Assembly: GCA_903912365.1 (NCBI GenBank)
Contig: CAIWGV010000046.1
Location: 10,707 to 74,706 of the forward strand
Direction of reading: 5' to 3'
Length of the DNA stretch: 64,000 nucleotides
DNA from: an uncultured Alphaproteobacteria bacterium
Lineage (GTDB): Bacteria; Pseudomonadota; Alphaproteobacteria; UBA7879; UBA5542
Below are positions 55,155-64,000 of the stretch, piece after piece. The first letter of the stretch is position 1. Each line of letters begins with the position of its first letter. A program made the position numbers and the translations under genes. The notes under the pieces are model-generated. The model was not told the origin of the DNA, searched no databases, and saw only the letters and a list, made by a program, of their open reading frames with translations.

Positions 55155-56325
55155 TTTTTCCTTTGAGTTTACGGAGTTCCCCATGGCCCACCGGGCCCGC
55201 TTGGGATCTCTAAAGACACCCCATGGCGCCATCCAGACCCCTGCCTTTATTTTCTGTGCCACGAAAGGTGCCATGAAGGCCGTGAATATGGACCAGGTAA
55301 AGGATGCAGGAACCCAAATCATTCTCTCCAACACCTATCACCTCATGATCCAACCCACGGCGGATCTTGTGGAAAAAATGGGAGGACTCCACAAATTTTG
55401 TGGGTGGGATGGCCCCATGTTGACCGACTCTGGGGGATTTCAGATTTTCAGTCTGGGTCATGGGTCCGTGGCAGAAGAAATAAAAGGCAAACGCCAAGGG
55501 GGCCGTGCCAATTCCCTTCTAAAGATCACGGAAGAAGGGGCTAAGTTCCGATCCTATACGGATGGCAGTTATCATCTCCTCACCCCAGAAAAATCCATGC
55601 AGATTCAAAAAAAACTAGGGCCCGATCTGGTGGTGGTTTTGGACGAATGTACCCCCTTTCATGTGGACAAAAAATATACCCAAAAATCCATGCAGATGAG
55701 TCACCGATGGGCGCTCCGTAGCCTTGCAGAATTTGATCGCGGCAATGATGGGAAGCAAGCTCTTTATGGCATCATTCAAGGAGGGGTGTACCCTGACCTC
55801 CGCCAAGAAAGCGTAGATTTTGTGAATTCCCAAGATTTCTTTGGCCATGCCATTGGAGGATCCCTAGGGGCCGACAAAGATCAAATGGCGGAAGTAATCT
55901 CCCTCACAGCACCGCGCCTAGACCGTGCCCGCCCCATTCATCTTTTAGGCATCGGGGGCATCTCAGATATTTTCATGGGCGTACGCCAAGGCATTGATAC
56001 CTTCGACTGTGTCCACCCCACCCGCATGGCACGCCATGGAGGCGCCCTTGTGAAAGGAGCCCCCAAAGAATCTCTCCAGATCCGAAATGCCCAGTATCGG
56101 GAAGACCCGACGCCCCTCGAAGCTGATTGTGGATGCTTCACCTGCCAACGGTATTCCAAAGCTTATCTCCATCATCTCTTTAAAGCCAAAGAACTTCTGG
56201 GCATGCAGCTCATCACCCTCCACAATATATATTTCATGAATCAGCTCATGACTGAAATCCGAGAGGGTCTCCGAACAAACACCCTTGATGTTGTAGAAAC
56301 CAAATGGCAAAGTTGTAAGAGATGA
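55132..56325 (+). CDS. tgt: Queuine tRNA-ribosyltransferase
   Basis: N-terminus FSFEFTEFPMAHRARLGSLKTPHGAIQTPAFIF (cf. KFEL...ARRGRL...TPCFMPV). Zn site CxCxxC...H (CGCFTCQRYSKAYLHHL). Catalytic Asp contexts present. Confidence 0.9.
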   Translation: MTSPRYPNFSFEFTEFPMAHRARLGSLKTPHGAIQTPAFIFCATKGAMKAVNMDQVKDAGTQIILSNTYHLMIQPTADLVEKMGGLHKFCGWDGPMLTDSGGFQIFSLGHGSVAEEIKGKRQGGRANSLLKITEEGAKFRSYTDGSYHLLTPEKSMQIQKKLGPDLVVVLDECTPFHVDKKYTQKSMQMSHRWALRSLAEFDRGNDGKQALYGIIQGGVYPDLRQESVDFVNSQDFFGHAIGGSLGADKDQMAEVISLTAPRLDRARPIHLLGIGGISDIFMGVRQGIDTFDCVHPTRMARHGGALVKGAPKESLQIRNAQYREDPTPLEADCGCFTCQRYSKAYLHHLFKAKELLGMQLITLHNIYFMNQLMTEIREGLRTNTLDVVETKWQSCKR

Positions 56326-58256
56326 ACATGCAAAATCCTCTTTGGTCCCCTTCTTCTGAACGCAAAGACAAAACTTTGTTAAAAAAATTCATGGGGACTG
56401 TTCATAAGAACTCCTATGAAGATCTCCACGCTTGGTCCATTGAAAACTTGGAAGATTTTTGGTCCCAAGTTTGGGATTTCTGTGGGGTGATCGGAGACAA
56501 AAAAGAACCTTATCTCACAAACAAATCCGAGATGGAAAGGGCCACCTTTTTCCCCCACACCCATCTAAATTACGCCGAAAATCTTTTGCGACGCCGGGAT
56601 GAAGAACCCGCCCTCATTTTCTGGGGGGAAGACCAGGTAAAACGGTCTCTCACGTTCAAACAGCTCTATGACAAAGTTTCCCGCTTGGTCCAAGCCATGA
56701 AAACCTTTGGCATTCAAAGGGGTGACCGGGTGGCCGGCTATGTCCCTAACACTCCTGAGGCCATCATTGCCATGCTCGCCACGGCCACCTTGGGCGGTGT
56801 CTGGTCTTCCTGCTCTCCCGATTTTGGTGTTACGGGTATTCTCGATCGCTTTGGCCAGATCGAACCCAAGCTTTTGTTTGCCGCCGATTGTTACGTTTAT
56901 AAAGGCAAGATCCATTCTTGCTTGGAAAAATTGGCAGAGATCCAGAGAGAGCTTCCCTCCCTCCAACAAACCATTGTGTTTTCCTATGAGGGCAATCCCT
57001 CTGTTGACGCCGACCTCCCCAAGACAACCTCTTGGAGCGATTTCCTAAAACCTTTCCCGGCGGATGAGATTGAGTTCCAACGATCCCCCTTCAACACCCC
57101 CCTCTTCATCATGTTTTCTTCCGGAACAACGGGGGTTCCCAAATGCATCGTCCATGGGGCCGGCGGCACGCTGCTACAGCATATGAAAGAGCACCAGCTT
57201 CAGTCTAACCTGAAGCCCCGGGATCGCTTGTTTTACTTCACCACCTGTGGCTGGATGATGTGGAATTGGCAAGTGTCCGGTCTTGCGTCGGGTCTCACCC
57301 TTCTCCTCTATGATGGGTCGCCCTTTGCCCCCACTCCTTCCATCCTTTTCGATTATGCAGAGCAGGAAAAAATGACTCTATTTGGCATCTCCGCCAAATA
57401 CATTGATTCCCTGCGAAAAGAAAATATTTCTCCCCTCACAACCCATGACCTCTCCTCCCTCCAGGTCCTGGCCTCCACGGGGTCGCCTCTGGTATCGGAA
57501 AGCTTTGATTACATTTATGACCACATTAAAAAAGACCTTTGTGTGGCCTCTATCTCCGGCGGCACGGATATTATCTCTTGTTTCGTTTTAGGCAATCCCA
57601 TGGCCCCCGTCTGGCGGGGCGAGATCCAGGCTCCGGGCTTGGGCATGGCCGTGGAGATCTTTGATGATAAAGGCCATTCCATTCAAGGTGAAAAGGGAGA
57701 GCTCGTCTGCACAAAACCTTTCCCCTCCATGCCTCTGGGTTTTTGGAATGATCCACAGGGCACCAAATATCATGAGGCCTACTTCTCCCGCTTTCCCAAC
57801 GTCTGGTGCCACGGTGACTTTGCAGAACGAACGGAGCATGGAGGATTCATCATCTATGGCCGGTCCGATGCTGTCCTAAATCCCGGCGGTGTTCGCATTG
57901 GCACGGCGGAGATCTACCGTCAGGTGGAAAAAATCTATGAAGTCCTCGAGAGTATCGCCATTGGCCAAGACTACAACAATGATGTGCGGATTGTTTTGTT
58001 CGTGAAATTGAAAGACGGAGTTTCCCTAGATGAGTCTCTCAAAACTAAAATCAAACACCAGATCCGCACTCACACCACGCCCCGTCATGTGCCTGAGGTA
58101 ATTGTCCAGGTCGCTGATATTCCTCGCACCAAAAACGGCAAACTCGTTGAGCTCGCGGTGCGCGAAGTGGTCCATGGCCGCCCCGTCCATAACAAAGAGG
58201 CCCTGGCCAACCCGGAAGCGTTGGCGTATTTTAAGAATTTAGAAGAGCTAAAATAA
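56322..58256 (+). CDS. aacS: Acetoacetyl-CoA synthetase (AMP-forming acetoacetate-CoA ligase)
   Basis: N-terminal block ...FMGTVHKNSYEDLHAWSIENLEDFWSQVWDFCGV... is typical of acetoacetyl-CoA synthetases. AMP-binding motifs (FSSGTTGVPKCIVH; ...YGRSDAVLNPGGVRIG...). 644 aa. Confidence 0.82.
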   Translation: MNMQNPLWSPSSERKDKTLLKKFMGTVHKNSYEDLHAWSIENLEDFWSQVWDFCGVIGDKKEPYLTNKSEMERATFFPHTHLNYAENLLRRRDEEPALIFWGEDQVKRSLTFKQLYDKVSRLVQAMKTFGIQRGDRVAGYVPNTPEAIIAMLATATLGGVWSSCSPDFGVTGILDRFGQIEPKLLFAADCYVYKGKIHSCLEKLAEIQRELPSLQQTIVFSYEGNPSVDADLPKTTSWSDFLKPFPADEIEFQRSPFNTPLFIMFSSGTTGVPKCIVHGAGGTLLQHMKEHQLQSNLKPRDRLFYFTTCGWMMWNWQVSGLASGLTLLLYDGSPFAPTPSILFDYAEQEKMTLFGISAKYIDSLRKENISPLTTHDLSSLQVLASTGSPLVSESFDYIYDHIKKDLCVASISGGTDIISCFVLGNPMAPVWRGEIQAPGLGMAVEIFDDKGHSIQGEKGELVCTKPFPSMPLGFWNDPQGTKYHEAYFSRFPNVWCHGDFAERTEHGGFIIYGRSDAVLNPGGVRIGTAEIYRQVEKIYEVLESIAIGQDYNNDVRIVLFVKLKDGVSLDESLKTKIKHQIRTHTTPRHVPEVIVQVADIPRTKNGKLVELAVREVVHGRPVHNKEALANPEALAYFKNLEELK

Positions 58257-58586
58257 TTTCTGCCCCTTCGGCACCTCAGGCTCTGCCGTAATTAAACACA
58301 CATCCCCTGTACTATCTGGGAACCCTACCAGCAAAAACTCTGACATGAATCCCGCAATGTTTCGGGGTGCCAAGTTAACACATCCCACCACCAATCGCCC
58401 CAGGAGGGTCTCTGGAGTATAGTGCTTCGTAACTTGGGCCGAGGTCTGCTTCACACCAATAACATCGCCAAAATCCACCCATATTTTATAGGCTGGCCTT
58501 TGGGCCCGGGGAAATTCCTCCGCCTTCACAACAACGCCAGACCGTAAGTCAACTTTAGAAAAATCTTCATAGCTAATGATATTCAT
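58248..58586 (-). CDS. csaA: Stand-alone tRNA-binding protein (CsaA/YgjH, Myf/EMAP-II-like OB domain)
   Basis: MNIISYEDFSKVDLRSGVVVKAEEFPRAQRPAYKIWVDFGD... is the characteristic tRNA-binding OB-fold found as the C-terminal appendage of long MetRS. Confidence 0.78.
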   Translation of the reverse strand: MNIISYEDFSKVDLRSGVVVKAEEFPRAQRPAYKIWVDFGDVIGVKQTSAQVTKHYTPETLLGRLVVGCVNLAPRNIAGFMSEFLLVGFPDSTGDVCLITAEPEVPKGQKLF

Positions 58587-58797
58587 GAACGTCTCCTTAA
58601 ATAAAAACTTCGTAACTTTCTGGGCCCCTACGGGCACCACAAAATCCCAAAGCCTTATCGCTTATAGAGAAAACACAAATTTTTTGTATAGGAACTAAGG
58701 ATCATAGGCCTTGAATAATACAAACCATACCCAATGTCAACGCTTGAAGAGTTGCGGCCGCCATGGTAGGGTTAGCTGATAATTACAAAGGATAAAC

Positions 58798-59679
58798 ATG
58801 GGAACATCACGCGAAAAAAATCGGCTCAAGCAGCTGTCCGTGACGGCCGCCATTTCTGTGGCCGTTGTGCTCATCGTCATCAAACTTTTTGCCTGGTACC
58901 TCACAGATTCCATCAGCCTCCTGTCGAGCCTCGCAGACTCCTTCCTTGATTTCGGGGCCTCGGTCATCAATATGATTGCCATTTACCATGCGGCCCAGCC
59001 CGCCGACGATGAGCACCGCTTTGGCCACGGAAAAATTGAAGCCCTTGCCGCTCTTCTCCAGTCCGTCATCGTCATTGGATCCAGCTGTTTTCTCATCAAA
59101 GAATCCATCGAGCGATTCTTTAACCCTCAACCCCTCCAACATACTCTCGTGGGAATTTTTGTCATGGTGGCGTCCATAATTTTATTGATCGGCCTCGTGG
59201 CCTTTCAACGCCATGTGATCCGCAAAACAAATTCTCTCACCATTATGGCGGACTCTACTCATTATAAAGGAGATCTTTTGCTGAACTTGGGCGTTCTGAT
59301 TTCATTGGGAAGCTATCACCTCTTTGGATGGGGCAGCATTGATGCGGTGTTTGGGGCCATCATCTCCACTTATATCATCTATACGGCCTACGACATTTCC
59401 AAGTCTGCCTTTAATATTTTGCTGGATCGAGAACTTCCTCTGGAAGACCGTACGCAAATTTTAGAGATTATTGAGGGGCACCCCAAAGTAAAAGCATGTA
59501 CAGATCTCAGGACCCGCTCCTCGGGCACCTCGGAATTCATTTATGCCAACGTGGTATTTCCGGCCACCATGAGCATTAAGGAGTCTTCTCAAGTGGTCAA
59601 AGAAATTGAGAAAACTATTTTAAAAGTGTACCCTGATTCAGAAATCTTGTTGCACTCAACCCCTCATAAAAAGGATTAA
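58798..59679 (+). CDS. Cation diffusion facilitator (CDF) family transporter
   Basis: Six TM helices with metal-binding Asp/His contexts (SLADSFLDFGAS; HYKGDLLLNLG). C-terminal cytoplasmic domain. 293 aa. Confidence 0.85.
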   Translation: MGTSREKNRLKQLSVTAAISVAVVLIVIKLFAWYLTDSISLLSSLADSFLDFGASVINMIAIYHAAQPADDEHRFGHGKIEALAALLQSVIVIGSSCFLIKESIERFFNPQPLQHTLVGIFVMVASIILLIGLVAFQRHVIRKTNSLTIMADSTHYKGDLLLNLGVLISLGSYHLFGWGSIDAVFGAIISTYIIYTAYDISKSAFNILLDRELPLEDRTQILEIIEGHPKVKACTDLRTRSSGTSEFIYANVVFPATMSIKESSQVVKEIEKTILKVYPDSEILLHSTPHKKD

Positions 59680-59682
59680 TCC

Positions 59683-60318
59683 ATGGATCAAAATAAAAGT
59701 CTTTTTACAAAGCTTCGGAATAGTTTTTTTGCCGGCCTTCTTTTTTCAGCCCCCTTGTTTTTAACGATCTCTCTCGTCATTTGGTTTGTCCAGAGTGTGA
59801 ATGGCCTGGTACGCCCTCTCTTCCCGGAAGATTACTTTTTTCTAGAACAATACATTCCCGCCTATGGCATCATTGTGGTTCTCATTGGCTCCACTATTAT
59901 TGGATTCCTGTGTCAGGGTGTCTTGGGAAAATACCTCATGAGACATAGTGAAAATGTTCTTTCTAAAATGCCTATTATCAGCAGCATTTACAACACCATT
60001 AAGCAGGTGTCCCAGGCGGTCTTGGATAAAGACTCTTCCTCTTTCCGGGAAGTGGGCCTCATTGAATACCCCCGCAAGGGCACCTGGTCTTTGTGTTTCA
60101 TCACAGGCACCACCTCTGGAAAGGTGGCGGAAGAATTGCCTAAGGGCGTCGTCAATGTCTTTGTCCCCACCACACCAAACCCCACCTCCGGCTACCTTCT
60201 ATTCATCCCCCGTAAGGAAATTATTCTTCTTGATATGACGGTGGAGCAGGGCTTCAAAATGGTCATTTCCATGGGAGTTATCGTGCCTCCGAAGCAGGTG
60301 GGGAAGAAAGGTGATTGA
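59683..60318 (+). CDS. DUF502 family membrane protein
   Basis: N-terminal two TM helices (FFAGLLFSAPLFLTISLVIWFV; YGIIVVLIGSTIIGFLCQGVLG), then the conserved soluble domain (…EYPRKGTWSLCFITG…). Starts 4 nt after the CDF stop. Confidence 0.65.
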   Translation: MDQNKSLFTKLRNSFFAGLLFSAPLFLTISLVIWFVQSVNGLVRPLFPEDYFFLEQYIPAYGIIVVLIGSTIIGFLCQGVLGKYLMRHSENVLSKMPIISSIYNTIKQVSQAVLDKDSSSFREVGLIEYPRKGTWSLCFITGTTSGKVAEELPKGVVNVFVPTTPNPTSGYLLFIPRKEIILLDMTVEQGFKMVISMGVIVPPKQVGKKGD

Positions 60319-60919
60319 TCAATCATTTCCGCTCCTGCCAGAAAAGGAGTTGAAACAACTAGAAACTTCTTTGAATTTTTTCCACGTGGAAGAATTAAAA
60401 GATATTGCCCTTAAACTTTCCCTCCCTAAAAAAAGCAAGAAGGGTGCCTTAATTCATCGAATTGTGCATTTTTTGAGGACCGGTGATACAAAATCAGATT
60501 CTGAAATTCCCACAATTTCTTGCGCAAAACGAGGCCAAGAATATCCTCTTACCTCCAATACTCTCATCCTTAAAGGCGCCTACAAAAATGATCTCGCCAC
60601 TCGATTGTTTTTCAAAAAACTCATTGGAACTTATTTTCATTTCACAGCTTTTGGCATAGACTGGGTCAATGAACGATGGCTAGAAGGAAACCCACCCACC
60701 TATCAAGAATTTGCGGACATGTGGATTAAAGAATATACACGCCGCAAAGAAGAAGGGAGCCAGCCCAAACACGAATGGGCTTATATAAATCTCGCTCAAA
60801 AATTTATGAAAGAGCACCCGAATGGTTCAAAGAAAGATCTTTTGGAAGCCTGGGATCGAACACGCAAAAAGAACCTAGAGATAGCTCATGAAATTTTGGA
60901 GAAGGCTTTGAGAGGGTAA
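60311..60919 (+). CDS. Hypothetical protein with N-terminal SAP/HeH-like motif
   Basis: …FFHVEELKDIALKLSLPKKSKKGALIHRIVHFL… resembles a SAP (LxxLxVxELRxxLxxRGL-type) helix-extended loop-helix. No catalytic motif recognised. Overlaps the DUF502 gene end by 8 nt. Confidence 0.4.
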   Translation: MIDQSFPLLPEKELKQLETSLNFFHVEELKDIALKLSLPKKSKKGALIHRIVHFLRTGDTKSDSEIPTISCAKRGQEYPLTSNTLILKGAYKNDLATRLFFKKLIGTYFHFTAFGIDWVNERWLEGNPPTYQEFADMWIKEYTRRKEEGSQPKHEWAYINLAQKFMKEHPNGSKKDLLEAWDRTRKKNLEIAHEILEKALRG

Positions 60920-60926
60920 GGCTGCT

Positions 60927-62216
60927 CTACGCCCACAAGGCTGAAATCGGAATAGCATACATATTTTTCTTATAGGGAATTATCTTATCTCCTCCATACA
61001 GAATGATACCTCGAAAAAAAGCATCCGGCATTTCTTGTTCGAAATGCTCTAACCCCTTAAAAGAAGAAGGATTGACACTCGTACTAGATTTAATTTCAAT
61101 TGCAATGATTCTAGAGTCATATCCTTCCAGGATAATATCTACTTCCTGACCAGACTGACTCCGATAATGGTACAAACGTGCTCTGATCTTAGACCACGTG
61201 AACAACTTCATCAGCTCTATAATAACAAAATTTTCTATAAGATGGCCTAAATGATGATGCTGTCGAAGCAGCGCTCCCGTGTCTTGACCCCTCAAATGAC
61301 AGAGCAGCCCAGTATCATTTAGATATATTTTAGGCGATTTTATCGCTCTCTTAGAAAGATTTTTTGTCCAGGCGGGCAAGAGTTCAACAATATAAATCTT
61401 CTCTAATAAAGTGAGGTACCGCCTCAGGGTTGTTGTTGATAAAGATAGGCTGCGTGAAATTTCAGCCGTATTCAAAAGGCTCCCTACACGAGCGGCCAAA
61501 ACATTCAAAAAATTTGGGATCTCTGTTAAGCCCTCAATATTTGAAAGGTCTCGAATATCTTTTTCTATCAACGTCGTAATATAAGAATGAAACCATTCAT
61601 CCCGTCTCTTGTCACTCTGTTTTAGGATGGAGGAAGGGTATCCTCCTATGGTTAGGGCATTTAACAAGTCGGCAGACGCATTTGGGCTTTCGATTCTTTT
61701 AAAGTCCGGTAACTTCTGTTCAAAAATCGAATCTATAAAACATTGCGAAGCTTCATGAATCTCTGCTTGTGCCAAAGGCCATAGAGTATGCACCTCCATG
61801 CGTCCTGCTAAAGAGTCCGCCATTCGTGGCAACGCGAGAACATTGGCAGAGCCTGTTAAAATAAATTGGCCCGGCTTTCTATTTTGATCCACCATAACTT
61901 TAATGGGTAAAAAGATTTCAGGGAATCTTTGCACTTCATCAATAATAAGTGGCCTCTCTGCTTCAGATAGAAATCGCGCAGGGTCATTTTTAATGAGACT
62001 GAGAAGAGAAGGATCATCCAACGTCCAATAGGCATGCGTCTCGGAGAATAACTCTTTGACTAAGGTGCTCTTGCCAGATTGTCGAGCTCCATTCAAGAGC
62101 ACAACGGGCGTATCCTGAGCCGCTTCCATTATTTTGGATGATAAATATCTTTTAAACATGGGCCTAGTATAATCATGTTTTGGGAATTTTGTCAATCTAT
62201 TGTGGTTGATATTCAA
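60927..62216 (-). CDS. AAA+ ATPase with DUF4143 (COG1373 family)
   Basis: Walker A GARQSGKST, Walker B LIIDEVQ, and the C-terminal DUF4143-like region. Start is either TTG at 62216 or the internal ATG (MFKRYL, ~62159). Confidence 0.75.
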   Translation of the reverse strand: MNINHNRLTKFPKHDYTRPMFKRYLSSKIMEAAQDTPVVLLNGARQSGKSTLVKELFSETHAYWTLDDPSLLSLIKNDPARFLSEAERPLIIDEVQRFPEIFLPIKVMVDQNRKPGQFILTGSANVLALPRMADSLAGRMEVHTLWPLAQAEIHEASQCFIDSIFEQKLPDFKRIESPNASADLLNALTIGGYPSSILKQSDKRRDEWFHSYITTLIEKDIRDLSNIEGLTEIPNFLNVLAARVGSLLNTAEISRSLSLSTTTLRRYLTLLEKIYIVELLPAWTKNLSKRAIKSPKIYLNDTGLLCHLRGQDTGALLRQHHHLGHLIENFVIIELMKLFTWSKIRARLYHYRSQSGQEVDIILEGYDSRIIAIEIKSSTSVNPSSFKGLEHFEQEMPDAFFRGIILYGGDKIIPYKKNMYAIPISALWA

Positions 62217-62241
62217 CCATTTAGTGGTTGAATATCAACCA
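62203..62241. promoter_or_regulatory. Double palindrome (putative operator) at the 5' end/promoter of the DUF4143 ATPase gene
   Basis: tggttgatattcaacca-tttag-tggttgaatatcaacca: two 17-nt arms that are exact reverse complements, and each arm is itself nearly palindromic. Confidence 0.45.
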
Positions 62242-62378
62242 CTTGGCCCCCCAACCCAAAAAACTTCCCACCAAATAACCCCAGAGTTTTGAGGCAGAAC
62301 TAGGAACGAGGAACGACGCGTAGTCAACCTACGTGAGCGACACTGTGACGACAGGGATGGCTCAAAAGAATGGGGTTA

Positions 62379-63119
62379 TTAATATTCTACCCCTACAAAA
62401 TACAACCCCTCCGCCGGCGCCGTAGGGCCCGCTTTGGCCCGATCTTTAGACGCCAGAATTTCCGTCATATACTCAGGCGCCCATCGTCCCAACCCCACCT
62501 GCACCAAAGTTCCTACCATATTCCTCACTTGGTGATGTAAAAAAGAGGGCGCGTGGACGAAGACCTCAATCAAATCCCCCTTCTTTTGAATCTTAATACT
62601 CTCCAGGGTCTTCTCGGGATTTTTGGATTGGCAATGCACGGTCCGAAAGGCGGAAAAGTCATGCTTTCCAATTAAATACGCGGCCCCCTTTTCCATGGCT
62701 ATCACATCCAAGGTTCGGGGCACATGCCAGGCCCATCCCTCATCCAAGGCCAGCTTATCGGGACGGTTGATAATACGATAAACATAAAACCGTCTTTTTG
62801 CAGAAAACCGGGCATGAAACTCAGAGTCTACCTTTTCCGATTTCACCACTGATACAGGGTAGTCCTTCAGATGAGCATTCATGGCACGCCGGACCGTCGT
62901 GGGGGAAAAGTGCGGGGGCAAATCCACATGGATCACTTGGCCCTGGGCATGAACGCCCGCGTCCGTGCGGCCGGCACAATAAACTTGGACCTCAGACAAC
63001 TGCGTAAAGGCACAAATTGCTTCTTCAACCACTTGCTGAACGGACAGGGCATTTTCTTGCCGCTGCCATCCGGCGAAAGGAGCCCCTCCATATTCTATGG
63101 TCAGTTTAAATCTTTGCAT
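62379..63119 (-). CDS. truA: tRNA pseudouridine(38-40) synthase
   Basis: MQRFKLTIEYGGAPFAGWQRQ... and the catalytic Asp context (RTDAGVHA). 246 aa. Confidence 0.9.
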   Translation of the reverse strand: MQRFKLTIEYGGAPFAGWQRQENALSVQQVVEEAICAFTQLSEVQVYCAGRTDAGVHAQGQVIHVDLPPHFSPTTVRRAMNAHLKDYPVSVVKSEKVDSEFHARFSAKRRFYVYRIINRPDKLALDEGWAWHVPRTLDVIAMEKGAAYLIGKHDFSAFRTVHCQSKNPEKTLESIKIQKKGDLIEVFVHAPSFLHHQVRNMVGTLVQVGLGRWAPEYMTEILASKDRAKAGPTAPAEGLYFVGVEY

Positions 63120-63126
63120 GAAATCT

Positions 63127-64000
63127 CTATTTTATGGTGTCGCCCGCAGGGATGGGGAACCCCCTCAAGAAAACATCCCGGTTGAGAGGCCTCCCCCCAG
63201 GACGCTGCAAAACTGTTGGGACAAAAATTCCCCAGGAACAGGAGATCTCTAAATTATCAGAAAGTGCCCTTCCCCTTTCCTCCTCCATAAAGTAAAGAAA
63301 TGGCTCTTTCACTTCTGCCTCCAAAACTTTAATGCGCTCCCCTTTATAATGAAAATAAGTGCTATAAAAAGGATTCAAGGCACGAACCTTTCTTTCTAAA
63401 GCTGTCGCTGAATCGCTCCAGTCCAAAAAACCTTCCTCTTTCTCAATTTTAGGAGCAAGCGTTACGAACTGATCCAACTGTTCTTTTGGTTTCAGTTTTT
63501 TTGCCAAGTAGGCTGGTAATGTCCTAATTAAAAGCTCTGCCCCTTTTTGGGAAAGATCATAGTAAAGTTCTAGTCCTTTAGTGGTTTCCTCAAGAGGAAC
63601 TTTGGTCCAGGTTAGCAAAGGACCCGTGTCCATACCCGTATCCATCTGCATAATAGTAACGCCGGTGGTTTTCGCCCCAGACATAATTGCCCGCTGAATA
63701 GGCGCCGCTCCCCTCCAACGGGGAAGGAGAGACGCATGAACATTAATACATCCATACTTCACCCCTTTCAAGAGAGCGTGGGGCAACAGAAGACCATAGG
63801 CAACGACCACAACTAAGTCTGGTTTAAAAGATAGAATTTCCGAAATAGTACTCATGGGTCTCAACGTGGGAGGCAAACGGATGGGAAATCCCATTTCTTC
63901 CGCATATCGGTGAACAGGAGTAAGGTTTAATTTATAGCCTCGACCGGAGGATCGAGGGGGTTGCGTATAGACCGCTGCAATTTTACATCCAACATCTACA
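63127..64000 (-). CDS. fmt: Methionyl-tRNA formyltransferase, 5' end beyond the window
   Basis: Formyltransferase core (…DLVVVVAYGLLLP…INVHASLLPRWRGAAPIQRAI…) and C-terminal Fmt domain. The frame stays open to position 64000 (…VYTQPPRSSGRGYKLNLTPV…). Confidence 0.88.
   Translation of the reverse strand, partial: VDVGCKIAAVYTQPPRSSGRGYKLNLTPVHRYAEEMGFPIRLPPTLRPMSTISEILSFKPDLVVVVAYGLLLPHALLKGVKYGCINVHASLLPRWRGAAPIQRAIMSGAKTTGVTIMQMDTGMDTGPLLTWTKVPLEETTKGLELYYDLSQKGAELLIRTLPAYLAKKLKPKEQLDQFVTLAPKIEKEEGFLDWSDSATALERKVRALNPFYSTYFHYKGERIKVLEAEVKEPFLYFMEEERGRALSDNLEISCSWGIFVPTVLQRPGGRPLNRDVFLRGFPIPAGDTIK

Noticed and set aside
58737-59142. 81-aa and 111-aa minus-strand ORFs overlapping the CDF transporter start
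   Set aside because: Antisense to a clear CDF gene. Gly/Asp-rich frame artefacts.

Overview
This 64 kb window reads as an alphaproteobacterial chromosomal segment. Markers include GapR/DUF2312, a Tim44-like gene beside mltA, a GTA-type terminase fragment, and the tmk-holB-metG-tatD-MBL block. Coding density is high and most of the sequence is housekeeping: a recF 5' end, dnaN, rlmD, xseA, dprA-topA, metG, holB, tmk, obg, xerD, dnaG-rpoD, sodB, ubiH-like, prx, rpmB, yhhQ-tgt, aacS, truA, fmt, tRNA-Arg(ACG) and tRNA-Met(CAU). Four cell-wall remodelling genes are present (slt, mltA, mltB, rlpA-SPOR). Several accessory or lineage-specific pieces are interleaved with this backbone. (1) A divergent glycan cluster of an AsnB-type amidotransferase, a GT-C membrane glycosyltransferase and a GT4 enzyme. 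(2) An ATPase-domain-only terminase fragment (GTA/phage large-subunit type). (3) A 2125-aa two-partner-secretion (TpsA/FhaB-type) exoprotein with no adjacent TpsB. It has an AT-rich upstream island, no canonical start codon for its apparent signal peptide, C8/G7 homopolymers and ~560-bp internal direct repeats. (4) A previously unrecognised ~130-bp MITE-like palindromic repeat family, with two full copies and two fragments at gene-order junctions. (5) A solo HEPN/Abi_C-like gene at the 3' side of tRNA-Arg. (6) A tandem pair of paralogous secreted coiled-coil proteins, one with a basic NLS-like tail. (7) A class II Fic protein. (8) A secreted S8 subtilase ending in a textbook IQ calmodulin-binding motif. 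(9) An orphan atpC-like gene. (10) A DUF4143 AAA ATPase preceded by a double palindrome. No CRISPR array, rRNA or intact prophage is present. The eukaryote-like motifs (IQ, NLS-like) together with Fic, subtilase and TpsA are compatible with a host-associated lifestyle, but that is inference. All homology statements rest on motif recognition, not database searches.
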